Shown here piece after piece: positions 1-7,878 of a stretch of DNA of 17,108 bases. The translations under genes and the position numbers were made by a program. How positions within the stretch are numbered: position 1 is the stretch's first letter; every line of letters starts with the position of its first letter. Under the pieces are notes generated by a model, which had not been told where the DNA came from, did no database searches, and saw nothing but the letters and a program-made list of their open reading frames with translations. The DNA is from Candidatus Latescibacterota bacterium (GTDB lineage: Bacteria; Latescibacterota; UBA2968; UBA8231), in assembly GCA_965205655.1 (NCBI GenBank), contig CBDBIJ010000009.1, positions 1 through 17,108 on the forward strand, given 5' to 3'.

Positions 1-306
1 ACCGAAGGCAACCTCGCTCTCCACCGTCGCCGACAGGAGCTGATCGTCAGGATTCTGAAACACCATGCCGACCTTCGACCGGAGCTGATCCAGAGTCGCG
101 GCCTCACACGCCGAGACGCCGTCCACCTCAATTGTTCCGGACCGCGGTCGAAGAAGACCGTTCAGGCAACGGGCGAGAGTGGACTTTCCGGAGCCGTTGG
201 GGCCGATGAGAGCGACTCGCTCACCGCGCTCGATGTCGACGGACACGCCGCGAAGGGCGGCGATCTGACCGGGATAGTCAAAGCACAGTGCTGAGATGCG
301 GATCAT
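1..306 (-). CDS. ecfA: Energy-coupling factor (ECF) transporter ATP-binding protein, EcfA/CbiO type; 5' part only, runs off the left edge
   Basis: Manual minus-strand translation from ATG at 306: [52 protein letters not shown]...[24 protein letters not shown]. Has Walker [10 protein letters not shown] and the ECF-type FQNPDDQ...TVExEVAFG segment. Not in the ORF track. An in-frame TTG at 375 is an alternative start. Confidence 0.92.
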   Translation of the reverse strand, partial: MIRISALCFDYPGQIAALRGVSVDIERGERVALIGPNGSGKSTLARCLNGLLRPRSGTIEVDGVSACEAATLDQLRSKVGMVFQNPDDQLLSATVESEVAFG

Positions 307-453
307 GGTGCCGGAGGCCAGGGCGAGGTGGAAGGCGGTCAGCTGGATCCAGAGAGAAGTTGTTGCGTCTGACAAGGGGCCCGTAGGGCTATTGGCAATG
401 GAAACACAGGGAGGAGCATCGCCCAGTCAAGGAGTGCTCGGCGATGCGATGGA

Positions 454-482
454 TTGCCGCTTTTCGCCCGTGAAGTTACTTT
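454..482 (+). promoter_or_regulatory. Candidate sigma70 promoter for the lipoprotein gene
   Basis: TTGCCG(454-459)-N17-TACTTT(477-482), 40 nt upstream of the ATG at 523. Confidence 0.4.
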
Positions 483-522
483 AGTTCACACGTCGCAATC
501 AAAGCCCTAACTCGGGAATCAG

Positions 523-1395
523 ATGAAAAAAGAGACCAGATCGCAGTTTTGGATCTCCCTCCTGTCGCTTTCACTATATGTCATCGGATGTGGGAGCGAC
601 GACAATGCCGGGAGTGGGGGATTCGAGTCCGATCTTCCCACCGGTCCAGGTCGCGTCTACGAGCTCAAGGACATTTCCTTCACCAGTGTCGACAGCGTTC
701 AGGTCAGTGCTACCGTCGGCCAGGCACCGGCCGGGTCTGCGGCTCGCCCCGCCGTCATTCTCGTCCACGATCTGGGGCGGACTCGGTTCGACTGGGTGTT
801 TTCCGGACTGTTCGAGTTGTTTATGGAAGAGGGCTACCTCCCTCTGTCCATCGATCTGCGGGGGCACGGACAAACGCCGCTGCCCGATGACGGACGTGAT
901 TCGCCAGTTTTTCTGATCGCCGACTTCGACGCTTTTCACTTCGATGTCTTAGCTGCGCTGACCTGGCTCAGAAACCAGCCGACGATTGACTTCGCCCGCG
1001 TAGCAGTGATTGGCGCCGGTGTCGGAGGCAATGTCGCCTACGTCAGCATCGGGGCCTTCCCGGACGAGCTGAGAGCCGGGGTTGCCGTGTCGCCAGGCTT
1101 GTGGGACAATGAGCTGCAGCCCCTCGTTATAGGGGAAGGAATCGATCCCTTTACCCCGCATCACATGTTGTATATGGTCGGTTCGGATGACGAGCTTACA
1201 ATGACAGATGGCGGCGTTTTGAGCTTCCCCCTGTTCGCAAACAATCTGGCCTCGCTCACCGCCGATCCCGTACAGGTGACAGTCTTCGAGGGCCTGACCG
1301 CGCACGGGCTGAATCTGTTTAACATAACAGCAAATGGGTTCAACGAGCAGATTGCCGATTTGATTATCTCCTGGCTCGACGAGCATCTGGACTAA
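523..1395 (+). CDS. Alpha/beta-hydrolase-fold lipoprotein; nucleophile position is Gly
   Basis: Signal peptide MKK...LLSLSLYVIG-C with a lipobox-like Cys. Fold motifs PAVILVHDLG, SIDLRGHG, RVAVIGAGVGGN (nucleophile elbow), GSDD (acid) and AHG (His). Confidence 0.82.
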   Translation: MKKETRSQFWISLLSLSLYVIGCGSDDNAGSGGFESDLPTGPGRVYELKDISFTSVDSVQVSATVGQAPAGSAARPAVILVHDLGRTRFDWVFSGLFELFMEEGYLPLSIDLRGHGQTPLPDDGRDSPVFLIADFDAFHFDVLAALTWLRNQPTIDFARVAVIGAGVGGNVAYVSIGAFPDELRAGVAVSPGLWDNELQPLVIGEGIDPFTPHHMLYMVGSDDELTMTDGGVLSFPLFANNLASLTADPVQVTVFEGLTAHGLNLFNITANGFNEQIADLIISWLDEHLD

Positions 1396-1482
1396 ACAGC
1401 AGACAGCGTCGGTTGGGGCTGCGTTAGCAGACGCCGAACGGCGACAGGACCTTCTCCCTACCCAATTTTGCCGCCATCATCC

Positions 1483-2205
1483 ATGGTGGAGCCACCGAAT
1501 AGCGAAAAGCCATCGGCGCGTCCTGCCATCGGCGTCATCATACCAGCTCTCAACGAGCAACTCTCGATCGCCAAAGTACTGGCGGACATTCCCGCCGGTC
1601 TCGTGCAGACAGTCATCGTCGTCGACAATGGCTCCACCGACGACACGGCCGCAATAGCGGCAGCTCTGGGTGCCGTCGTGGTGCAGGAGTCTCGTCGCGG
1701 CTACGGCCAGGCCTGTCTGGCCGGATTGGCCGCTCTCGACGCCGCGGCCATCGACATCGTCGTCTTCCTCGACGGCGACTACAGCGACTATCCCGAACAG
1801 ATGCACTCGCTCGTGACGCCCATCCTTGAGGGCGAGGCCGACTTCGTCGTCGGCTCGAGGGTCCTGGGCCAGCGGGAAGTCGGGTCACTCCTCCCGCAGG
1901 CGAGATTCGGTAACGCCCTGGCGACGTGGTTGATTCGCCACCTGTACGGTGTGGCCTACACCGATCTGGGTCCCTTCCGCGCCATTCGCTACGAGGCTCT
2001 CCGAAGGCTGGGCATGGCGGACACGGACTTCGGCTGGACCGTGGAGATGCAGACGAAGGCGGCGCGGGAGAGGCTGCGCGTGACGGAGGTGCCGGTGGGG
2101 TACAAGAAACGCATCGGCACCTCCAAGATAAGCGGCACCCTCAAGGGTTCGGTCCTGGCCGGGTACAAGATTCTTTCCACCATCTTCCGCTATGCGCGGC
2201 GATGA
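1483..2205 (+). CDS. GT2 glycosyltransferase, DPM1/polyprenol-phosphate glycosyltransferase-like
   Basis: VIIPALNE, VVDNGSTD, GYGQAC, FLDGDYSD (DxD), VVGSR, TDLGPFRAI, GWTVEMQ. ATG at 1483 preferred over TTG at 1468. Confidence 0.9.
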   Translation: MVEPPNSEKPSARPAIGVIIPALNEQLSIAKVLADIPAGLVQTVIVVDNGSTDDTAAIAAALGAVVVQESRRGYGQACLAGLAALDAAAIDIVVFLDGDYSDYPEQMHSLVTPILEGEADFVVGSRVLGQREVGSLLPQARFGNALATWLIRHLYGVAYTDLGPFRAIRYEALRRLGMADTDFGWTVEMQTKAARERLRVTEVPVGYKKRIGTSKISGTLKGSVLAGYKILSTIFRYARR

Positions 2206-3968
2206 GGGCGTCGCACATGATGAGTTCACGTCCAGTCATCCTCATCGGGGTAGCCGCCTGTGTGGCGAGCGCCATGGCGCTCAGAGTGTGGGGGATAGGG
2301 CAGGGATACCCCGACTTTTACGGCCACGTCGACGAAATCGGAGTCGCGGCCAGCATCTGGAATTTCTTCCGCGAAGGGACCCTGCGCCCGACCGAGTTTA
2401 CCTATCCAGCACTTTACCAGTACATGGTGGCCGCCGCGATCGGTCTCGCCGGAGTCGCCGGCCTTGTCGGACCGGAATCGGGCGGTATCGGGCAGACCCT
2501 GCAACTTGTCTCGTTCACCGATCCGGCCTTCTCGGCCCTCGTGGGCAGGAGCCTGAGCGCGGTGATGAGCACGCTGTCGGTGCTCGTCGTGTTTCAGCTG
2601 GGCCGCGAAGCATTCGACGCGCGAACGGGACTCACGGCGGCACTGTTCGCCGGCTTTTCGACGATTCCCGTAACGCTCGCGCACAGGGCCCTGCCGGACA
2701 GCAGCATGGCCTTTTTCGCCGCGGCCTGCATGTTGTACTCATGGCGAGCCGCCGCTACCGGCTCCTGGCGTCACTATGCCCTCGCCGCGTGCGCGGCGGG
2801 GCTGACGATGGCCACGAAGTACAACGGCGGGCTCGTGTCGCTGGGCCTGGTTGCCGCCCACATCTCAGGTGGTCTGATGCGGCGCCGGAGGCTGGTGAGT
2901 TTGCTGGTGGATGTGAAGCTGCTCGCCAGCGTGGCCATCGCCTTTGCCGCCCTCTTCGCCGCTTCGCCCTATCTCATTCTGGCGAGAGAGCAGTACGCAG
3001 CAGTGGCGCAGTACCAGATTTCCAGCCTCGATTTCACCATGGGAGATACCAGTCCCTGGTGGTGGATCCCCAGGGACATCGGCACCCATGAAGGATTGAT
3101 GGGTGTGCTCATGGTTATCGGGGTAGGATGGTCGCTGGTTCGTCGCCGGCCGCTGGACTGGATTTTTCTGGCGGCATTCGTCCCCAGCTTTCTCTACATC
3201 GGCTCATGGACGAGGGAGAGCCTGCACTACCTCGTCCACTTCTACCCCGTGCTCGCACTGGGCGCCGCTCGAGTCGTCGTGGCACTCGGCGCACCGTCGG
3301 CGAGCAAACCGGTCGGTCGATGGCGGCCTGTCGCCGCGTACGCTTTGCTGGCCCTCTGCATCATTCCGAATGCCCGGGACATCATCAGCAGCAATCGCGA
3401 TCTGACGCTGACCGACACCCGCGCGCTGGCAGGGGAGTGGATCCAGCGGCACGTGCCGGCTGGCGCCACGATCGCCATGACCTGGCTGCCATACTGTCCT
3501 CGGATCGATCTGGAAGCAGCGAGGCGGAGCGTTCGCGGCTATTTCGGCGACAACACAGATGCACAGTCCTTCCTCACCAGGACCTGGAAAGACAGGTCTG
3601 CGTACCGATTGGTGAATCTGGAGGTCTGGTTGAAGCGGCCGCTGGTACCCGAGGCTTATCGCGGCAACGTCGATCTCGACGACCCCGAAACGCGGCGGAT
3701 CTTCAGCCGTGCATGGTGGCCGCTGGGCCAGCTACGCGAACAGGGGGTAGAGTTTGTCGTGCTGCCAGCGGCGGTCTATGAGCGCTACACCACGGGCGTG
3801 GCGCCGGAGGCCGGAACTGCGGCGCACTACCGCTACGTCGCCAACGGCAGCTATTTCACCAGCCTCATGTCCCCCAACTCCGGGTTGGAGCTGGTGGCTG
3901 AATTCAAGCCCGGCCAAGGGCCCGAGAAAACCAGAGGCGGGGGGATCCGAATCTATCGAATCACCTGA
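2202..3968 (+). CDS. GT-C fold multi-pass membrane glycosyltransferase (ArnT/PMT-like) with a C-terminal extracytoplasmic domain
   Basis: ATGA overlap with the GT2 stop (2202-2205). First TM is followed by GHVDE (DE motif), then FTYPALY, GRSLSA, AxPD, GLxMATKY and many TM segments. The ORF-track start at 1926 lies inside the GT2 gene and is unlikely. Confidence 0.85.
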   Translation: MRASHMMSSRPVILIGVAACVASAMALRVWGIGQGYPDFYGHVDEIGVAASIWNFFREGTLRPTEFTYPALYQYMVAAAIGLAGVAGLVGPESGGIGQTLQLVSFTDPAFSALVGRSLSAVMSTLSVLVVFQLGREAFDARTGLTAALFAGFSTIPVTLAHRALPDSSMAFFAAACMLYSWRAAATGSWRHYALAACAAGLTMATKYNGGLVSLGLVAAHISGGLMRRRRLVSLLVDVKLLASVAIAFAALFAASPYLILAREQYAAVAQYQISSLDFTMGDTSPWWWIPRDIGTHEGLMGVLMVIGVGWSLVRRRPLDWIFLAAFVPSFLYIGSWTRESLHYLVHFYPVLALGAARVVVALGAPSASKPVGRWRPVAAYALLALCIIPNARDIISSNRDLTLTDTRALAGEWIQRHVPAGATIAMTWLPYCPRIDLEAARRSVRGYFGDNTDAQSFLTRTWKDRSAYRLVNLEVWLKRPLVPEAYRGNVDLDDPETRRIFSRAWWPLGQLREQGVEFVVLPAAVYERYTTGVAPEAGTAAHYRYVANGSYFTSLMSPNSGLELVAEFKPGQGPEKTRGGGIRIYRIT

Positions 3969-4027
3969 TGTGGACGGAGCGCTTGAAATCGCGCCTTCGC
4001 CGTGAATCCAGCGAAGCGCCAGATTGC

Positions 4028-5191
4028 TCACGTCAACATCGACAGGGCGATGTCCATTGGCACGAGGGATTGAACCATGGCCGCCTGGCTGAGATCAGAC
4101 AACAGTTGAGCGCGGGCCAGCTGGGATGACTCCAGGGCGTAGTCGGTGTCGCGCACCGTCGACTCGGCAGCCGTCGCCCCCTCTATCGCCGCATCGGTGA
4201 AACCGACCGTGTACTGAAGTCGGTTGATGACCGCACCCACGGCCCCGCGCTCGCTGGTCACGCGGTCGATGGCTTCGTCGATTTGCTTCATCGCGATCCG
4301 AGAGCTGGCTCTCGTGCCGATGCTGACCGCGGCGATGTTCAAGACCGAGTCCGAGACGGTCAGATCACGAATCTTATACTCGAGTCGGTCCGCTCCCTTG
4401 CCCTTGCTGCCGAGCTGGAAGGCGCCCCCGACGCCGTCATCGACGTTGAGTGTCTTACCGTCGAGGTCGCCGTCGACGTAGACGCCATCCGCACCGTTCA
4501 CATCCTCTCCGGCCAGGATGAGCTTAATTCCGAGGGTGTCGAAATTGGCCACTACGGTGGTGCCGTCTGCTACCTTGCCGCGATCCAGGATCGACCCGAG
4601 CGCGATCGTCTGAGTCTCGGTGCCGTCACTGAGTGTGATGGAGCCATCGTCCTGATTGTCCGTGAAGAGGTAGTTGCCCTTTCGAGCGGCGGCCAGGTCT
4701 ATGCGGAGCACGCCGCTGTCGAAGCTCTCGGAGACTGCCGTCGAGGTGTTCGCGTCGACGTTGTTGCCGAATCCGGAGAGCAGGGTCTGGCCGTTGTAGG
4801 CAGCCATCTTGCCGACCCGATCGATATAGTCTTTGAGTTGGTTGAATTCGGTGTCCAGGGCCGACCGGTTGAAGTCGTTGAGAGTGTCGGTGGTGGCCTG
4901 AGTGGCGAGATCCCTCATCCGTACCAGAATCGTACTGATGATGTTCATGGCCCCTTCGGCGGTCTGAAGGAGATCGATCGCTTTCTCGGCGTTGCGAGTA
5001 CCCTCTGCGAGGCCGCCGATCTCGGCTCTCATTCCCTCCGAGATGACGAGATGTCCGCCGCTATCGGCACCGCTGTTAATGCGCAGACCGGATGAGAGCC
5101 GTTCCCGCCTCGTGCCGGCCGCTCGATCCGCAGCCGCGAGATGAAGCTTGGATCGATTGAAAGCCATGTTCTTGTTTATTCGAACTGGCAT
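4028..5191 (-). CDS. fliC: Flagellin paralog A, 387 aa, with divergent termini
   Basis: ERLSSGLRINSGAD, LLQTAEGA, ILVRMRDLATQA, IDRV...YNG; C-terminal RGAVGAVINRL, ESTVRDTDYALE, ALSML. SD GGGAGG upstream. Confidence 0.93.
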   Translation of the reverse strand: MPVRINKNMAFNRSKLHLAAADRAAGTRRERLSSGLRINSGADSGGHLVISEGMRAEIGGLAEGTRNAEKAIDLLQTAEGAMNIISTILVRMRDLATQATTDTLNDFNRSALDTEFNQLKDYIDRVGKMAAYNGQTLLSGFGNNVDANTSTAVSESFDSGVLRIDLAAARKGNYLFTDNQDDGSITLSDGTETQTIALGSILDRGKVADGTTVVANFDTLGIKLILAGEDVNGADGVYVDGDLDGKTLNVDDGVGGAFQLGSKGKGADRLEYKIRDLTVSDSVLNIAAVSIGTRASSRIAMKQIDEAIDRVTSERGAVGAVINRLQYTVGFTDAAIEGATAAESTVRDTDYALESSQLARAQLLSDLSQAAMVQSLVPMDIALSMLT

Positions 5192-5195
5192 AGCG

Positions 5196-5213
5196 CAGAA
5201 CCTCCCTGTTCTG
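5196..5213 (-). promoter_or_regulatory. CsrA/RsmA-type binding hairpin containing the SD of flagellin A
   Basis: Minus-strand RNA CAGAAC-AGGGAG-GUUCUG: a perfect 6-bp stem with an ANGGAN hexaloop, matching (A/U)CANGGANG(U/A), ending 4 nt before the ATG. Confidence 0.65.
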
Positions 5214-5292
5214 ACCTGGCCGCGTCGACGGGCAGTCGGTACGGCCTCACCCAGATTTATACAACTTACTTGGATGTGGTATCACATTGTAG

Positions 5293-5319
5293 TTATCGAC
5301 ATCAAGTTATCTGTCTTTA
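5293..5319 (-). promoter_or_regulatory. Sigma28 (FliA/SigD) promoter of flagellin A
   Basis: Minus strand TAAA-N15-GTCGATAA versus consensus TAAA-N15-GCCGATAA; A-tract immediately upstream. Confidence 0.8.
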
Positions 5320-5412
5320 CTTTTTTTCTTTGCCCCTTCCTGGATCCTGCTCGAACCCGTCGCATTCATAGTCCTTTTTGCCGGAATTCGAAAAAAAAGG
5401 GGAAAATCTCAT

Positions 5413-5440
5413 TAAAGGTGGCCGCAAGCTCTGCCGATAG
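5413..5440 (+). promoter_or_regulatory. Sigma28 (FliA/SigD) promoter of flagellin B
   Basis: TAAA(5413-5416)-N16-GCCGATAG(5433-5440); A-tracts at 5391-5406 upstream. Confidence 0.75.
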
Positions 5441-5511
5441 ACGGAACAGGAGGAATTTACACAGCCGAGAAGATGAGCGATTTGAAGCAAAAAAGAGGGT
5501 AGGAGACGCCG

Positions 5512-6669
5512 ATGGCGCTGAATATGAACAACAACATATCTGCACTGACTACACAGCACGCGATCTCGCACAATGTGACAGGAGCAAACCGACAGCTCGT
5601 ACGGCTGTCATCCGGATTGCGGGTAAGCGGTGCATCTGACGACGCATCAGGAATCGTGGTGAGCGAAGGGTTGCGAAGCGAAGCCGCCAAGCTGGGGCAG
5701 AATGTGAGGAACTCCCAACAGGGCTCCGACCTGCTCCAGGTGGCCGAGGGCTCACTGCAGGAGGTGAACAACATCCTCGTGCGCATGAAGGAGCTGGCCC
5801 TCCAGTCGTCCACCAGCACCGTAAACGACAGGAACCGCGAGGCCATTGCCGCCGAGTTCAGTCAACTCACCTCCGAGATCGATCGCATCGCCCAGGCGAC
5901 ATCATATAATGAGGAGACCCTGCTCACCGGCTTCGGGAACACGGTCAGCGCAGCGTCGACCGCTCTGACGACGAGTCCGGCAACCGGGGTCACCCGTATC
6001 GCTTTATCGGCAGCTGTCGCAGGTACCTACACGTTTGTCGATACCGCGGGAGATGGCACCATAACCCTTGGAGACGGCACCGCGACCCAGACCATCAGTC
6101 TGGGAACGCTCCTGGACGGCTCGGTCGTGGCAACCGGCACCTCCATCGTCGCCAACTTCGACCGGATCGGGGTACAGGTATCGCTGGCCGGTGCCAACGC
6201 GCCCGGCGCCCCAGGGAGTTACGCCGATGGTGATCTCAGTGGGACCAACATCGTCGTGGATGCGGGGACCGGCGGCGGGTTTCAAGTCGGGCCCACAGAC
6301 AGCTTCGTCAACAGGCTCGAAGTAACGATCCCGGACCTGAGGGCCTCCGGCACGACATTGAACCTATCGAGCGTCTCCCTCAGCAGTCAGTCTACAGCGA
6401 GATCGGCAATCGCGACGATCGACCAGGCCATCAGCACGGTGGCCGACATCCGCGGCGATCTGGGTGCGATTCAAAACCGACTCGATTTCTCGATCGGGTT
6501 CACGGAAACGGAGATCGAGAACATCACGGCCTCCGACTCGAGCATTCGAGACGCCGATGTCGCACTCGAGGTATCGGAGCTGACGCGAAACCAGTTGCTC
6601 ATACAGACGAGCAACGCCATGCTCGTCCAATCAAACGTGGCCTCCATCAACGCTCTGTCGCTGCTGTAG
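5512..6669 (+). CDS. fliC: Flagellin paralog B, 385 aa, Ser/Thr/Ala-rich
   Basis: RLSSGLRVSGASDDASG, LLQVAEGSLQEVNNILVRMKELALQS, EIDRIA; C-terminal RGDLGAIQNRL, IRDADVALEVSELTRNQLL, ALSLL. SD AGGAG at about 5501-5505. Confidence 0.96.
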   Translation: MALNMNNNISALTTQHAISHNVTGANRQLVRLSSGLRVSGASDDASGIVVSEGLRSEAAKLGQNVRNSQQGSDLLQVAEGSLQEVNNILVRMKELALQSSTSTVNDRNREAIAAEFSQLTSEIDRIAQATSYNEETLLTGFGNTVSAASTALTTSPATGVTRIALSAAVAGTYTFVDTAGDGTITLGDGTATQTISLGTLLDGSVVATGTSIVANFDRIGVQVSLAGANAPGAPGSYADGDLSGTNIVVDAGTGGGFQVGPTDSFVNRLEVTIPDLRASGTTLNLSSVSLSSQSTARSAIATIDQAISTVADIRGDLGAIQNRLDFSIGFTETEIENITASDSSIRDADVALEVSELTRNQLLIQTSNAMLVQSNVASINALSLL

Positions 6670-6807
6670 CGGACCCGCTGAAGCCCATTTGACCCTCTCA
6701 TGACCTCCCGGTAAGTTCCAAGGCGCTGTCGCGCCTCGGTGTCCCGCCCGATACGTTGCGCCGCGCTGGCGCGCACGATTGAGAGCTGCGACGGTGCGGC
6801 TTACCAT

Positions 6808-7869
6808 ATGAGGCTCGAAGAGTTCGATTTCGATCTTCCATCCGATCTGATAGCCCAACACCCGACGGCCGACCGTGACGGCTCCCGTCTCCTCGTCCTG
6901 AACCGGGCAAGCGCTACGCACCGGCATTTCAGTTTCCGAGATCTTCCCCGGTTTCTGAGGGCAGGAGACGCTCTCGTCGTCAACGAAACCAAGGTTTTCC
7001 CGGCGCGGCTCAGAGGGAGAAAGCGCGATACGGGTGGCTGCGCCGAATTCCTTCTCGTCCGTAAAGAAGCGGGCGGAGAGGTGTGGCTGGCGTTGGCGCG
7101 GCCGGCGCGCAGCCTGAAACCGGGATCCGTCGTGGAAATCGGCGATGGTTCCGCTGCCGTGGAGGTGCTCGAGAGCGCTGGCCCCGGCAGGGTCCGAGTG
7201 CGGATCGAGCGCGCCGGTGCCTCGGGGGAGGGGGACACGGAGATCGGCGTGGCGCGTCTCCTCGAGCAGTTCGGTGAAGTGCCTCTGCCACCGTACATTC
7301 AACGCCGGGCGGCATCTGAGGACCGCTTGCGGTACCAGACGGTTTTCGCCAGGGAGCAGGGAGCCATCGCCGCGCCCACGGCGGGGCTTCATTTCACCGT
7401 CGATCTCCTCAGTCAGATCGCCGACGCGGGAGTCGCCGTTACGAAGGTCCTGCTTCACGTCGGGCCCGGGACATTCGAACCAGTTCGGACCCCCGACCCG
7501 CGAGATCACAAGCTCGAAGCCGAATACTACGAGTTGAGCGACGCGGCGACGGCCGAGCTCAACGAGCGCCGACGTTCAGGGGGACGTGTCGTCGCGGTGG
7601 GCACGACAGTCGTTCGGGCTCTGGAGACCGCCGCCGACGACGGGGGTCATCTGCGGCCCGGAAAGGGCTGGACGGACCGATTCATCTACCCTCCCTACCA
7701 GTTCAAGGCAGTGGACGCTCTGGTGACCAATTTTCATCTGCCGCGCTCGTCGCTGCTCATGCTGGTGGCGGCATTCGCAGGCCAGGCACTCATCCGGCGC
7801 TCCTATGAGTCAGCAATCGAGCTGGGCTACCGGTTCTACAGCTATGGCGACGCCATGCTGATCGAGTGA
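6808..7869 (+). CDS. queA: S-adenosylmethionine:tRNA ribosyltransferase-isomerase
   Basis: MRLEEFDFDLPSDLIAQHP, VVNETKVFPARL, GEVPLPPYI, RYQTVFA, AAPTAGLHF, LHVGPGTF, AVGTTVVRALE, TNFHLPRSSL, YRFYSYGDAMLI. Start is the ATG at 6808. Confidence 0.97.
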   Translation: MRLEEFDFDLPSDLIAQHPTADRDGSRLLVLNRASATHRHFSFRDLPRFLRAGDALVVNETKVFPARLRGRKRDTGGCAEFLLVRKEAGGEVWLALARPARSLKPGSVVEIGDGSAAVEVLESAGPGRVRVRIERAGASGEGDTEIGVARLLEQFGEVPLPPYIQRRAASEDRLRYQTVFAREQGAIAAPTAGLHFTVDLLSQIADAGVAVTKVLLHVGPGTFEPVRTPDPRDHKLEAEYYELSDAATAELNERRRSGGRVVAVGTTVVRALETAADDGGHLRPGKGWTDRFIYPPYQFKAVDALVTNFHLPRSSLLMLVAAFAGQALIRRSYESAIELGYRFYSYGDAMLIE

Positions 7870-7878
7870 GGTCAATCG

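Noticed and set aside
307..522. Riboswitch upstream of the ECF ATPase; 8-bp inverted repeat GCATCGCC/GGCGATGC at 416-447
   Set aside because: I could not recognise TPP, cobalamin, FMN or similar aptamer motifs on the minus strand, and one GC-rich stem is not enough.
1926..2201. N-terminal extension of the 680-aa ORF
   Set aside because: It lies inside the GT2 gene and does not look protein-like; the ATGA-coupled start at 2202 fits better.
3991..4019. Imperfect hairpin between the convergent GT-C and flagellin A genes as a terminator
   Set aside because: 10-nt loop, a bulge and no U-tract on either strand.
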